A DNA stretch of 32,000 nt, taken from Moraxella nasovis. GTDB lineage: Bacteria > Pseudomonadota > Gammaproteobacteria > Pseudomonadales > Moraxellaceae. The stretch is from NCBI RefSeq assembly GCF_022701215.1, contig NZ_CP089976.1, positions 1,950,001-1,982,000 of the forward strand, given 5' to 3'. The notes beneath the pieces were generated by a model, which was not told the DNA's origin, did not search any database, and saw only the letters and a list, made by a program, of their open reading frames with translations. Shown one piece after another: positions 16,187 to 24,474 of the stretch (its first letter is position 1; every line of letters begins with the position of its first letter). The position numbers and the translations under genes are program-made.

Positions 16187-16654
16187 ATGGCATTTAGTTT
16201 AAAAGACTTAAAAAAACCAAATCAAGTTGTTGGCGAAGTAGTACGCACGATTAAGCACAAAAGCGGTTTACAGCTTGAGCTTGTTGTCAAACAAGACACC
16301 GCCTTTGAAAGGGCTTTATCTAAAGTACAAACCTTATTGAATGACACCAAGATTAAAAAAGATGATTTAAAGCGTGCTAACCAAACCGATATTACAACTA
16401 ATGAAGCTTTACTAATGGTTATCGGTGAATACAACATTAAATCATGGAATGTAGATGTAAACGGTGAGCCTTTAGAGCCTAGCGGTGATAACCTGCTTAT
16501 TGTCTTAGCAAATATCAGTGATGGCTTGCCTGAGCTTTTAAACACGCTATTTGACACCTTTACCGAGATGGGGCATGAATATAGTGAACAGGTGCAAGCT
16601 GTGAAAAAAAAGCCATCGAGTACTACAAATGGCAAAAAACAAAGTCAGAATTAA
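16187..16654 (+). CDS. Tail assembly chaperone (gpG analog)
   Basis: A 155-aa acidic ORF directly before the tape measure, with an AAGGAG RBS. It contains a slippery heptamer near its 3' end. Confidence 0.7.
   Translation: MAFSLKDLKKPNQVVGEVVRTIKHKSGLQLELVVKQDTAFERALSKVQTLLNDTKIKKDDLKRANQTDITTNEALLMVIGEYNIKSWNVDVNGEPLEPSGDNLLIVLANISDGLPELLNTLFDTFTEMGHEYSEQVQAVKKKPSSTTNGKKQSQN
16606..16612 (+). promoter_or_regulatory. -1 programmed ribosomal frameshift site A_AAA_AAG
   Basis: In the gpG-analog zero frame the codons are GTG AAA AAA AAG CCA, so the heptamer A AAA AAG is in the correct phase. The -1 frame is open from 16588 to 16905. Confidence 0.6.
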
Positions 16655-16905
16655 GCCCAAAGCGGATTGAGATTTATCAAAGGTTAAACCTACCCTTGCC
16701 TAATGAGGTTTTGGGTAGTGCTTTACTTGATGATATTATCCATGTATTTGTGATGGCTTGCCGTGAAAGACGTTATGCAGAAGGTACGCCCTTACCGCTA
16801 TCGGTTAGCGATGTTAGCCATGTACTCGCGGTGTATCATGTGAATATGGCAAGATGGCTGATTGATGATATTGTTTTTGCATTAGATGAGATTGTAAGGG
16901 GATAA
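16609..16905 (+). CDS. gpT-like extension of the chaperone (G-T fusion by -1 frameshift); DUF1799-like
   Basis: The -1 frame reads KAIEYYKWQKTKSELSPKRIEIYQRLNLPLPNEVLGSALLDD…DEIVRG and has no ATG of its own. The track ORF 16696-16905 starts at TTG. It ends 1 nt before the tape measure ATG. Confidence 0.55.
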   Translation, partial: KAIEYYKWQKTKSELSPKRIEIYQRLNLPLPNEVLGSALLDDIIHVFVMACRERRYAEGTPLPLSVSDVSHVLAVYHVNMARWLIDDIVFALDEIVRG

Positions 16906-16906
16906 A

Positions 16907-19900
16907 ATGTCAGATACACGCATGAGCATCACCATTGATGTGAAAAATGCAGACCAATTAACAAAACTGCAACAAGCATTAAAAGACGTTGATAAAACGA
17001 CGCATCAAGCAGGCAAAGGCATTGATGACGTTGCCAAACACTCAAAAGAGGCAAGTAAGCAAGCAGGTGGCTTATCAAAAGCCTATGGATTGTTAAAAAC
17101 AGCGGTGGTTGGCTATTTATCAATCGGTGTGGCAAGTAACATTACAAATACAGCTGACGCGATGACTACATTAACCAGTCAAATCCGTATTGCCACAAAT
17201 AGCACAGATGAATATAACAAAGCTTTTCAATCGGTGCGTGAAATTGCTAACGCTAACGGCACATCAATGCAAGCGGTGGGCGAGCTATACACAGCAAACA
17301 CAAGGGCGTTAAGCCAGCTTGGTAAAAGCCAAGATGAAGTGATACATTTTACCAAAAACTTAACGCTTGCTATGAGAGTAGGGGGCGGTTCGGCAGAAGG
17401 GCAAGCGGCAGCAATACGCCAGCTAGGGCAAGCCTTAGCAAGTGGGACATTGCGTGGTGATGAATTTAACTCGGTAGCTGAACAAGCACCTGAGATTATG
17501 AACATTTTAGCCAAGCATTTAAAAGTTACCACAGGCGAGCTAAAGGATTTGGCAAAAAAAGGTAAAATTACCGCTGATGTGCTTTATAACGCTATGGCAG
17601 GGGCAACAGACAACCTAAGCGAAAAGGCAGCTAAAATGCCTATGACCATCGCCCAAGCAAGGCAAGTGGTTGAAAATGAATGGGGGGTAATGGTTGAAAC
17701 TTTTGTCAATCAAACAGGCATTACAGATACTTTAGCTAAAATCGTTATATCAATTGCACAATTAATCCCTAAAATTACCGAAACAGTCAAAGAGTTTTTG
17801 GCTATGCCATCGGTGCTAACAGCCGTACAAACAGGTACACAGCTACTTAGCAACGCATGGGATTTATTAAAGCAAGCTTTTGATGTCATCATGCCTATTA
17901 TCGGTGATGTCGTCGCTAAAATCATTGAATTAGAGCCGTATTTAACGCCCATTGCAGCAGGGGTGGCAAGTGCAGCAGCTGCTTTTAAGGCGTGGAATTT
18001 CGCACTTGGTATTTATAACGGTATCGTGGCTTTATCAGCGTCTGTTACCACCGCCTTTGCAGGGGCATTAGCATTTATCACAAGCCCCATTGGGATAGCG
18101 GTGCTTGCTATCGGTGCATTGGTGGCAGCAGGTGTGGCACTGTATAAAAATTGGGACACTGTTGACGCTAAAGCAAAAGAGATTTGGGCAAGTATTGAGC
18201 AAGCGTTTGATAAAGCCAAAACCGCCATCAATGACAAGCTAACCCGTATCAAAACGTATTTTAGCGATACGTTTAATGCTTTGCCTAAGCCTGTGCAAAC
18301 TGCTTTGGGCGTGATAGGGCAAGTATTTAGCACACAGTTTAACGTGGTACTTGAGATAGTTAAAGGTACGTTTAAGCTTATCAATAACGCCTTCACCACC
18401 GCCTTTAATGTCATCAAAGCCTTAGTCAAAGGTGATATGGACGGTGTAAAAAAAGCAATCTTTGATGGCTTAAAAAACGCCTATGCCATCATCCAAACCA
18501 TGCTAGGTAGCATTGCAGCAGCGTTTTTGGGGCTAGGTAGTAAGCTACTACAAGCTGGGCGTGACGCTATCCAAGGCTTTATTAACGGCATAAAAGAAAA
18601 GTTTAATACAGCAATAAGCACGGCTAAAAACTTAGCAGATTCTGTCGTTACCAGCGTAAAATCTACACTTAATATTCGTTCACCGTCTCGTGTGATGAAA
18701 GAACTAGGCAAGCATACCGCTGATGGTTTTGCCTTAGGCATTCGTAATAATGCAAGTAAAGCTACTAAAGCCGCCCAAAAAATGGCAGAAGACGCCAAAA
18801 AAGCGGTGGCTGACGCGGTGGCTAGCATACAGCGTGAGATAACCTTATTTGGCAATGATAGCCGTGTTGACGCCCTACAATACGACATCAAAGCAGGTAA
18901 ATACGGCAATGCTGATACAACTAAGCTTAGTAAACTTACTCAAGAATACGAGCAGATACAAAAAAATGCCAAAGCTGATGAAAGACGCCAAAACGCCTTA
19001 AATCGTGTTATTGAGCTTGAAAATGCCATCAAAAAAGTTGGCATGGACAAATGGCAACTGTTGCAATTTGAATTAGATACCCTAGAAGAATACAAAGACG
19101 TATCAGATGAGATTAAGCAAAACATCATCAACACATCAAAAGCACTAGATGAGCATAAGCTTAATGATACGGTTAGCCAAGAAGTTGCCAAAATCAATAG
19201 CGAGCTTAGCAAAAACCAATATATCTTAGCGAATATCACAGATAAGTATGCAAGCTTAAAATGGGATAGTAAGCTTAAAGGCTATACTGATGCACAAGTA
19301 GATAGCATTGTTATGGCAACTAAGCAAGCGGACGCCTTTGCTGATTTTGTACAATCACAACAAGCCATTCAAGATGCATTAGCTAATAACACCAACGTTT
19401 ATCAAGGTACGATTGATAAGCTTAAAGGGGCGTTAGGTGCACCAAATAGCACAATAGGCGGTATTGCTAACATTGCTACAAGCGTCTTTGATAATTATAG
19501 CGTATCAAAACAGCTTGATGAAAAGCACCAAGCTGAGCTTGACAAAATCAAAGCACAAGAGGACGCTAAAACCATCACAGAATACGAAGCACAACAAGCA
19601 CGCCTAGAACAAATGCAGCAATACGAAATGGCGCGACAACAAATCAAAGAACGTAGCGAACAATCACTATTAGGCACGATAACAGGTGCTGCTAAGGCGA
19701 TGTTTGGCGAAGGGTCTCGTGCTTATAAAGCGTTATTTGCTTTTGAAAAAGCGATGGCGTTAAAGCGTATTTTGGTGGCAAACCAAACCACATTAGCACA
19801 AGCGTGGGCGTCTGCCCCATTTCCTGCTAACTTAGGGGCGGTCGCGGTCGCAGCGGCTAAAAGCGGAGCGTTGGTTGCGGCACTAAATGCCATATCAGCC

Positions 19901-20215
19901 CCAGTAGGTCAAGCCCATGATGGCATTATGTCTGTGCCTAAGTCTGGTACGTGGAATCTAGAAAAAGGCGAGCGAGTACTGCCTAAGCACACCGCCCAAA
20001 ATCTAGATGACAAGCTAAACCGTCTTGGCAATGGGCGTGGTGAAACCAAAATCATCATCAACAACTACACGAGCGAAAAGGCAAGCGTGGAACAACAGCC
20101 TAATGGGGATATCATGGTGCAAATTGGCAAGATGATTGACAGCAAGGTTGAAACAAAGGTTAATCAGCGTTTTATTCAAGCACGACGTCAAGGGGGATTA
20201 CTCTATGACAGATAA
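16907..20215 (+). CDS. Tail tape measure protein (gpH analog)
   Basis: 1102 aa, with the N-terminal TMP core (…RQLGQALASGTLRGDEFNSVAEQAPEIMNILAKHL.VTTGELK.LA.KGKITADVL…), a central hydrophobic Ala/Gly-rich segment and long coiled coils. Confidence 0.95.
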   Translation: MSDTRMSITIDVKNADQLTKLQQALKDVDKTTHQAGKGIDDVAKHSKEASKQAGGLSKAYGLLKTAVVGYLSIGVASNITNTADAMTTLTSQIRIATNSTDEYNKAFQSVREIANANGTSMQAVGELYTANTRALSQLGKSQDEVIHFTKNLTLAMRVGGGSAEGQAAAIRQLGQALASGTLRGDEFNSVAEQAPEIMNILAKHLKVTTGELKDLAKKGKITADVLYNAMAGATDNLSEKAAKMPMTIAQARQVVENEWGVMVETFVNQTGITDTLAKIVISIAQLIPKITETVKEFLAMPSVLTAVQTGTQLLSNAWDLLKQAFDVIMPIIGDVVAKIIELEPYLTPIAAGVASAAAAFKAWNFALGIYNGIVALSASVTTAFAGALAFITSPIGIAVLAIGALVAAGVALYKNWDTVDAKAKEIWASIEQAFDKAKTAINDKLTRIKTYFSDTFNALPKPVQTALGVIGQVFSTQFNVVLEIVKGTFKLINNAFTTAFNVIKALVKGDMDGVKKAIFDGLKNAYAIIQTMLGSIAAAFLGLGSKLLQAGRDAIQGFINGIKEKFNTAISTAKNLADSVVTSVKSTLNIRSPSRVMKELGKHTADGFALGIRNNASKATKAAQKMAEDAKKAVADAVASIQREITLFGNDSRVDALQYDIKAGKYGNADTTKLSKLTQEYEQIQKNAKADERRQNALNRVIELENAIKKVGMDKWQLLQFELDTLEEYKDVSDEIKQNIINTSKALDEHKLNDTVSQEVAKINSELSKNQYILANITDKYASLKWDSKLKGYTDAQVDSIVMATKQADAFADFVQSQQAIQDALANNTNVYQGTIDKLKGALGAPNSTIGGIANIATSVFDNYSVSKQLDEKHQAELDKIKAQEDAKTITEYEAQQARLEQMQQYEMARQQIKERSEQSLLGTITGAAKAMFGEGSRAYKALFAFEKAMALKRILVANQTTLAQAWASAPFPANLGAVAVAAAKSGALVAALNAISAPVGQAHDGIMSVPKSGTWNLEKGERVLPKHTAQNLDDKLNRLGNGRGETKIIINNYTSEKASVEQQPNGDIMVQIGKMIDSKVETKVNQRFIQARRQGGLLYDR

Positions 20216-20546
20216 TTTAAAAACCTTTGGCTGGCATATGAACATGGGGGCAGCAGCAAGTGTTCGCCAAGCGGTTACCAAAATACAGTTTGGTGATGGC
20301 TATGCCCAGCGTGTCAGCCATGGCATTAACAACAAACGCACCGATTGGAGCGGTGCTAAGACAGGCGACTGGCAAACTGTCATCAAGCCCATCATGGATT
20401 TTCTTGATGAGCATGGCGGTGTCAAGGCGTTTTTGTGGACAAATCCCCACGGTGAGACGGCTAAATACGTTTGCCAAGATTATGAAGTTTCCCAGCGAAA
20501 AGGCAACTTTTGGCAGATTAGCCTTAAATTTGAACAGACCTTTTGA
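20205..20546 (+). CDS. Minor tail protein M (gpM-like)
   Basis: MTDNLKTFGWH…VTKIQFGDGYAQRV.HGIN…WTNPHGETAKYVC.DYEVSQ…FWQISLKFEQ is the lambda gpM pattern. The ATG at 20205 is chosen over the track's 20136. Confidence 0.85.
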   Translation: MTDNLKTFGWHMNMGAAASVRQAVTKIQFGDGYAQRVSHGINNKRTDWSGAKTGDWQTVIKPIMDFLDEHGGVKAFLWTNPHGETAKYVCQDYEVSQRKGNFWQISLKFEQTF

Positions 20547-20618
20547 ATGGGCGTAATCATACGCCCCTACACCGCCCCACTATCTAAAAAAATAGGGGGC
20601 TTTTTAATGGAGATAACC

Positions 20619-21029
20619 ATGACTGAAACAACTCAAACCCCAACCACCCTAAACCGCACCGAAGCCCAAGTGTTGCAAGGTTTTATCAGCCAAGTGGACT
20701 ACTGGCAAATGCAACATGGCGAAAAAGCTGACACGGTAGAGATTATCTACTACCCTGATGATGAAGGCTTTGATGTTTTTAATGGCGAAGAAAACAATGA
20801 GCTTTTAAAACGTAACCGCACCACCGTATTTCGTGCTGATATTCTAGCTTGGGCAAGTAATCAGCTTAAAAACCTACAAGGCTGGAATAATGATAAAACC
20901 GTAACCGCCTTTACGTTAAGTTTTAAAAATGGCGAATATGGGGTATTGGTGGACGTGGCGGATAAATCAGCCGAGCCACCCCAAACCGACCGTGATGGCG
21001 AAACCGATGAGACGGCAAGCGAAAATTAA
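20619..21029 (+). CDS. Hypothetical 136-aa protein with an acidic C-terminal tail (moron between M and L)
   Basis: GGAG lies 6 nt before the ATG at 20619. A hairpin (GGGCGT-aatcat-ACGCCC, 20548-20565) sits upstream and a terminator (21057-21095) downstream. No family was recognised. Confidence 0.5.
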   Translation: MTETTQTPTTLNRTEAQVLQGFISQVDYWQMQHGEKADTVEIIYYPDDEGFDVFNGEENNELLKRNRTTVFRADILAWASNQLKNLQGWNNDKTVTAFTLSFKNGEYGVLVDVADKSAEPPQTDRDGETDETASEN

Positions 21030-21056
21030 ATAAATAAGTAAATCACAAAATAAATG

Positions 21057-21095
21057 ACCCTTATAAGGATTTTGGTAATCCCTATAAGGGTTTTT
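21057..21095 (+). terminator. Rho-independent terminator
   Basis: ACCCTTATA (21057-21065) pairs with TATAAGGGT (21083-21091), followed by a T-run. Confidence 0.6.
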
Positions 21096-21122
21096 ATGGT
21101 TGGATTTATGCTAGGGGGATAC

Positions 21123-21794
21123 ATGAGTTTTAATGTACAAATAGAACAGCCAAGCGTGCAGGGCTTGATTATTTTGTATGAATTGGATGCCCGCCATCTA
21201 GGGGCGGACATTTACCGCTTTCATGGACACAATGACGGCGAAATTATTTGGCAGGGCAACACTTACACACCTATCGCCATCTCTGCTGTTGGGCTTGAAA
21301 TGCGGTCAGACGGTAAGGCTTCCATACCAAGTTTAACCCTTGGTAACGATATTGCAGGTGTGCCACAGGCTTTGCGTGCGTTATGCTTGCAGTTTGGCGA
21401 TTTTGCAGGGGCGAAGTTAAAAGTTATTCACACCCTTGCCAAATATCTAGACAGCACTGACGAACAAAACTACAAAGTACAACATTGGTACATCGAACAA
21501 AAGACCGCCGAGACGAACGCCACCACGACATTTGAGCTTGCCAACCCCATTGATGTTGAAGGCTTACGCATACCCGTCCGCCAAATCACAAACTATTGCG
21601 ATTGTGCGGTGCGTGGGCGGTATCGTCATGAAGAATGCGGATATACAGGCACGGCACGCTTTACCATTGATGGCAAGCCGACCGATGACCCAGAACTTGA
21701 TAAATGCGGTGGCAGACTGTCGGATTGTATGCTTAGATTTGGGAGAGATAGCCCCTTGCCGTTTGGGGGATTTCCAGCAAGTTCACTTGTTTGA
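21123..21794 (+). CDS. Minor tail protein L (gpL-like, Fe-S cysteine cluster)
   Basis: …ILYELD……YRFH………I.WQG..Y.P..I…, and C-terminal cysteines CDCAVRGRYRHEECGY…KCGGRLSDC as in lambda gpL. The ATG at 21123 has an AGGGGG RBS. Confidence 0.9.
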   Translation: MSFNVQIEQPSVQGLIILYELDARHLGADIYRFHGHNDGEIIWQGNTYTPIAISAVGLEMRSDGKASIPSLTLGNDIAGVPQALRALCLQFGDFAGAKLKVIHTLAKYLDSTDEQNYKVQHWYIEQKTAETNATTTFELANPIDVEGLRIPVRQITNYCDCAVRGRYRHEECGYTGTARFTIDGKPTDDPELDKCGGRLSDCMLRFGRDSPLPFGGFPASSLV

Positions 21795-21795
21795 T

Positions 21796-21824
21796 TTGTC
21801 AAGTGATTTTAGTTGTGATAAAAT
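21796..21824 (+). promoter_or_regulatory. Promoter of the TPR-like/HEPN cassette
   Basis: TTGTCA (21796-21801), a 17-nt spacer whose last bases give an extended -10 TG-a, then TAAAAT (21819-21824). It starts 2 nt after the gpL stop. Confidence 0.5.
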
Positions 21825-21848
21825 GAATTGCCTTAACAGGAGCTTGTT

Positions 21849-22631
21849 ATGATACCCAAAACCAAAACACATGAAGCCTATGAGTATCTAAAAAATTATC
21901 ACGGATTAACCAATCCTAATAGTTTTAAATATTTGTCATGGCTAAATAGTGCTGAAAAGTTAATTAAAACAGACCCAGTAGATGGATATGTTTTACAAGG
22001 TTTTGCACATATGGCTTTGGGCGATATACAATCAGCAGTTCAAAGCATGAAAAAGGCATATTTATTAAATAATATAGTTGCTACTTATAATTATGCAACA
22101 CTATTGTATAAATCTGGCGAATTTAGTCAAAGCCATCAAATGTGCTTAAATGTACTCAATAAAGACCCTTATGATAGCAATATTATTGAAGTTGTCCTTA
22201 GTAATGCAAGCAGAAGTTTAGATTTAAATATACTTAATGAAGCATTTGAATTATTTCAAGGTGGAAATTTATATATTGACAATCAAAAAATTAAGGCTAT
22301 TGATTTCATTAAAAATACAATATCAAAACTTAAAATAACAAATATTACACAAGATAATTTTGTATATATTTATAGTTTACTTAATAGATTTTTATCAAAG
22401 CACTATATTGGTGACTATTATGTTGATGTGGATGTTAGCCAAACAGAAATTGGTAATATACTTAATATAGATATTTATTTAAATAATGTGGGAACTGATG
22501 ATTGTTTAGACTTAGATGATAAATTCTTAGATGTATTGATTGATGATAGTCAGCTTAATTTTGATGATTATAAAAATATCATCGTGCATTTCATTCCTGC
22601 CAAATATGACGATTTGGAGTGTATGCAATGA
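21849..22631 (+). CDS. Hypothetical 260-aa protein with an N-terminal TPR-like helical repeat region and an acidic Asp/Asn-rich C-terminal half
   Basis: It has a strong RBS (caGGAGc). Residues ~42-110 (DGYVLQGFAHMALGDIQSAVQSMKKAYLLNN…ATYNYATLLYKSGEFSQSHQMCLNVLNKDPYD) look like two to three TPR units. No nucleotidyltransferase GS…DxD motif is present. Confidence 0.55.
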   Translation: MIPKTKTHEAYEYLKNYHGLTNPNSFKYLSWLNSAEKLIKTDPVDGYVLQGFAHMALGDIQSAVQSMKKAYLLNNIVATYNYATLLYKSGEFSQSHQMCLNVLNKDPYDSNIIEVVLSNASRSLDLNILNEAFELFQGGNLYIDNQKIKAIDFIKNTISKLKITNITQDNFVYIYSLLNRFLSKHYIGDYYVDVDVSQTEIGNILNIDIYLNNVGTDDCLDLDDKFLDVLIDDSQLNFDDYKNIIVHFIPAKYDDLECMQ

Positions 22632-23014
22632 CGGTGAATATTAATGATTTACATAAATGTATTGATGAGATGTTTATTAATATTAATGAACAATCATCAG
22701 AAAGTCAGATGAGGGCGTATATCAACCGTAGTTATTATGCTGTTTTTCATGAGTTAAAAATGGCTATGGAAAGTGTAGGGATTGATATTAATCAATACAA
22801 AACAGGCACTCATAATAATCTATGCTTGATACTTGATGATATGAAAAATCAAAATAAATCCATACAAAAACTCGCTTTGCAGTTTAGAGATTTTTTAACC
22901 CAACGCCACAATGCAGATTATGATTTGGATAAAAATATAACTTGGCATCATGTAAAAGTCATCATGCAATATAAACAGAATTTACCTTCATTGATTAAAG
23001 AACATATTAAATAA
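22628..23014 (+). CDS. Small HEPN-domain protein (UPF0332-like)
   Basis: INRSYYAVFHELKMAMESVGI…GTHNNL…FLTQRHNADYDLD matches the RaYYAmFHaa…H…R..aDY layout of UPF0332-type HEPN proteins (from memory). The ATG at 22628 overlaps the upstream stop as ATGA, with GGAG 8 nt upstream. The track start 22619 is a GTG. Confidence 0.6.
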   Translation: MTVNINDLHKCIDEMFININEQSSESQMRAYINRSYYAVFHELKMAMESVGIDINQYKTGTHNNLCLILDDMKNQNKSIQKLALQFRDFLTQRHNADYDLDKNITWHHVKVIMQYKQNLPSLIKEHIK

Positions 23015-23026
23015 TCCAAAAATTCA

Positions 23027-23059
23027 AAAACCGCTCTGTTACAAATAGAGCGGTTTTTT
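23027..23059 (+). terminator. Rho-independent terminator of the cassette
   Basis: aaaaCCGCTCT-gttacaaat-AGAGCGGtttttt. Confidence 0.8.
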
Positions 23060-23080
23060 ATTACCCAAAAAGTGATAACC

Positions 23081-23863
23081 ATGAAACTCACCAAACCCCT
23101 AAAACACGCCATCATCGCCCACGCCAAAGATGAATACCCAAAAGAATGTTGTGGGCTGATTATTGATGGACATTATTATCCGTGCGACAACGTGGCAACA
23201 AATCCACACGATAGCTTTGAGATTGACAGCGAAACTTTTATCAATCTATTAGCTTTGGCGGACGATTTTCAAGCCATCGTCCACAGCCACCCTGATGGCG
23301 ATGTACTGCCTAGCGAGCTTGACCGTGTGCAGATGGCAGTACATGACACCGACTGGCTAATTTGTGCGATTAGTTCTGACAACCAGTTTCATATCAAAAG
23401 CCATAAACCAAAAGCCTACACCGCCCCCTTATTAGGGCGTGAGTATCATCACGGCGTGCAAGATTGCTATAGCCTTGTGCGTGATTATTATGAGCGTGAA
23501 TTAGGTATAGAGCTACCAGACTTTGACCGCACAGACGCATGGTGGGAAAATCAAGACCATAAACCGCTTTATCAAGATAACTTTAAAAAAGCAGGTTTTG
23601 TACAAATTGAGATAGACGAGCTACAAAAGCATGACGTGATACTTTGCTATGTCGGACGTACGCACCACATTAACCACGCTTTAATCTATCTTGATGATGG
23701 CAAGCTTATGAGCGAAAAAACACCGCCTACGCCCATGACGGGCTTAGTACTACATCACCCCTACGGCACGCTGTCGGTGCGTGAGCTGTATGGCGAGACA
23801 TGGCGTAAGCGGACGGCACTCGTGATTAGACATAAGCAACTGATGAATGCACAAAAGGCTTGA
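23081..23863 (+). CDS. Tail tip assembly protein K (JAB/MPN plus NlpC/P60 domains)
   Basis: The JAB motif is …EYPKECCGLI…IVHSHPDG….PSE.D. The NlpC/P60 part is …GVQDCYSLVRDYY…H.NHALIYLDDG…, as in lambda gpK. Confidence 0.9.
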   Translation: MKLTKPLKHAIIAHAKDEYPKECCGLIIDGHYYPCDNVATNPHDSFEIDSETFINLLALADDFQAIVHSHPDGDVLPSELDRVQMAVHDTDWLICAISSDNQFHIKSHKPKAYTAPLLGREYHHGVQDCYSLVRDYYERELGIELPDFDRTDAWWENQDHKPLYQDNFKKAGFVQIEIDELQKHDVILCYVGRTHHINHALIYLDDGKLMSEKTPPTPMTGLVLHHPYGTLSVRELYGETWRKRTALVIRHKQLMNAQKA

Positions 23864-24125
23864 TGAGTGAATAATCTATTTTAGGATTATGCTCGGCTTG
23901 CCATAGGTCATAATCTTTTTGTAAATCCAAAAATAGACTTGGATTTGTTCCCAAAAGATGGCTTAGGCGAACGCTCATCTCGGCGGTGATGCCTTGCTTG
24001 CCATTTAAAATACGGCTTAAATTGACACGAGTAACGCCAAGACGTTCGGCAACTTCGGTTACGCTATAACCGTCTATATATTCACGCAAAACAAGCCCTG
24101 CGTGTGGGGGGTTGTGCATTCTCAT
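23826..24125 (-). CDS. higA: HigA antitoxin (XRE-type HTH)
   Basis: …HPGLVLREYIDG…SVTEVAERLGVTRVNLSRILNGKQGITAEMSVRLSHLLGT.P.…LQ..YDLW is the canonical HigA. Its 3' end overlaps the gpK 3' end by 38 nt (convergent). Confidence 0.9.
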   Translation of the reverse strand: MRMHNPPHAGLVLREYIDGYSVTEVAERLGVTRVNLSRILNGKQGITAEMSVRLSHLLGTNPSLFLDLQKDYDLWQAEHNPKIDYSLIKPFVHSSVAYV

Positions 24126-24135
24126 AAAAGTCTCC

Positions 24136-24417
24136 TTAGTGATAATCTTGGTAATCTACAATTTCGGCATTACCATCGTCATTAAAGCGAAAAGTTAAAC
24201 GCCAGTTGCCATTGACCATTACCGACCAATGACCTGCCAAATTGCCTTTTAAAGGGTGCAATCGCCAACTGGGAGCGTCCATATCGTTAGGGCTTTTGGC
24301 TCGGTTAAGCGTACTAAGTTGTATGGCAAGTTTGGTTTTATGCTTGGCTTGAATGCCTTTGGTACTACCTGTGGTAAAAAAGTTTTCTAAGCCTTTGTGA
24401 GCAAACGACACAATCAT
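24136..24417 (-). CDS. higB: HigB toxin (RelE/ParE superfamily, plasmid-maintenance killer type)
   Basis: MIVSFAHKGLENFFTTGSTKGIQAKH..KL…L..L…….DM..PSWRLHPLKG.LAGHWSV.VNGNWRLTFRF….A..VDYQDYH. The start is set at the internal Met (24417) rather than the track's 24489. Confidence 0.85.
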   Translation of the reverse strand: MIVSFAHKGLENFFTTGSTKGIQAKHKTKLAIQLSTLNRAKSPNDMDAPSWRLHPLKGNLAGHWSVMVNGNWRLTFRFNDDGNAEIVDYQDYH

Positions 24418-24435
24418 AAACATTATCCATATAGC

Positions 24436-24474
24436 GTATAGATACACTATACAATAAATTTTAGGTACTGTCAA
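24436..24474 (-). promoter_or_regulatory. higBA promoter with an overlapping palindromic operator
   Basis: The minus strand reads TTGACA (24474-24469), a 17-nt spacer, then TATAGT (24451-24446). The inverted repeat GTATAG-ataca-CTATAC (24436-24452) overlaps the -10. The -35 abuts the gpI ATG (24475) on the other strand. Confidence 0.55.

Noticed and set aside
16929-19677. Series of minus-strand ORFs (60-142 aa) inside the tape measure gene
   Set aside because: These are antisense shadow ORFs of a long Ala/Lys/Gln-rich coding region. They have Cys/Ser/Leu-rich nonsense-like composition, no RBS, and lie wholly within a confidently called gene.
21532-21852. 106-aa alternative-frame ORF at the 3' end of gpL
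   Set aside because: It overlaps the conserved Cys-rich C-terminus of gpL in another frame and runs through the cassette promoter. No independent support.
21849-22631. Minimal nucleotidyltransferase (MNT) antitoxin as partner of the HEPN protein
   Set aside because: No GSxxxG…(D/E)xD nucleotidyltransferase motif is present anywhere in the 260-aa protein. It is therefore reported as a non-canonical partner.
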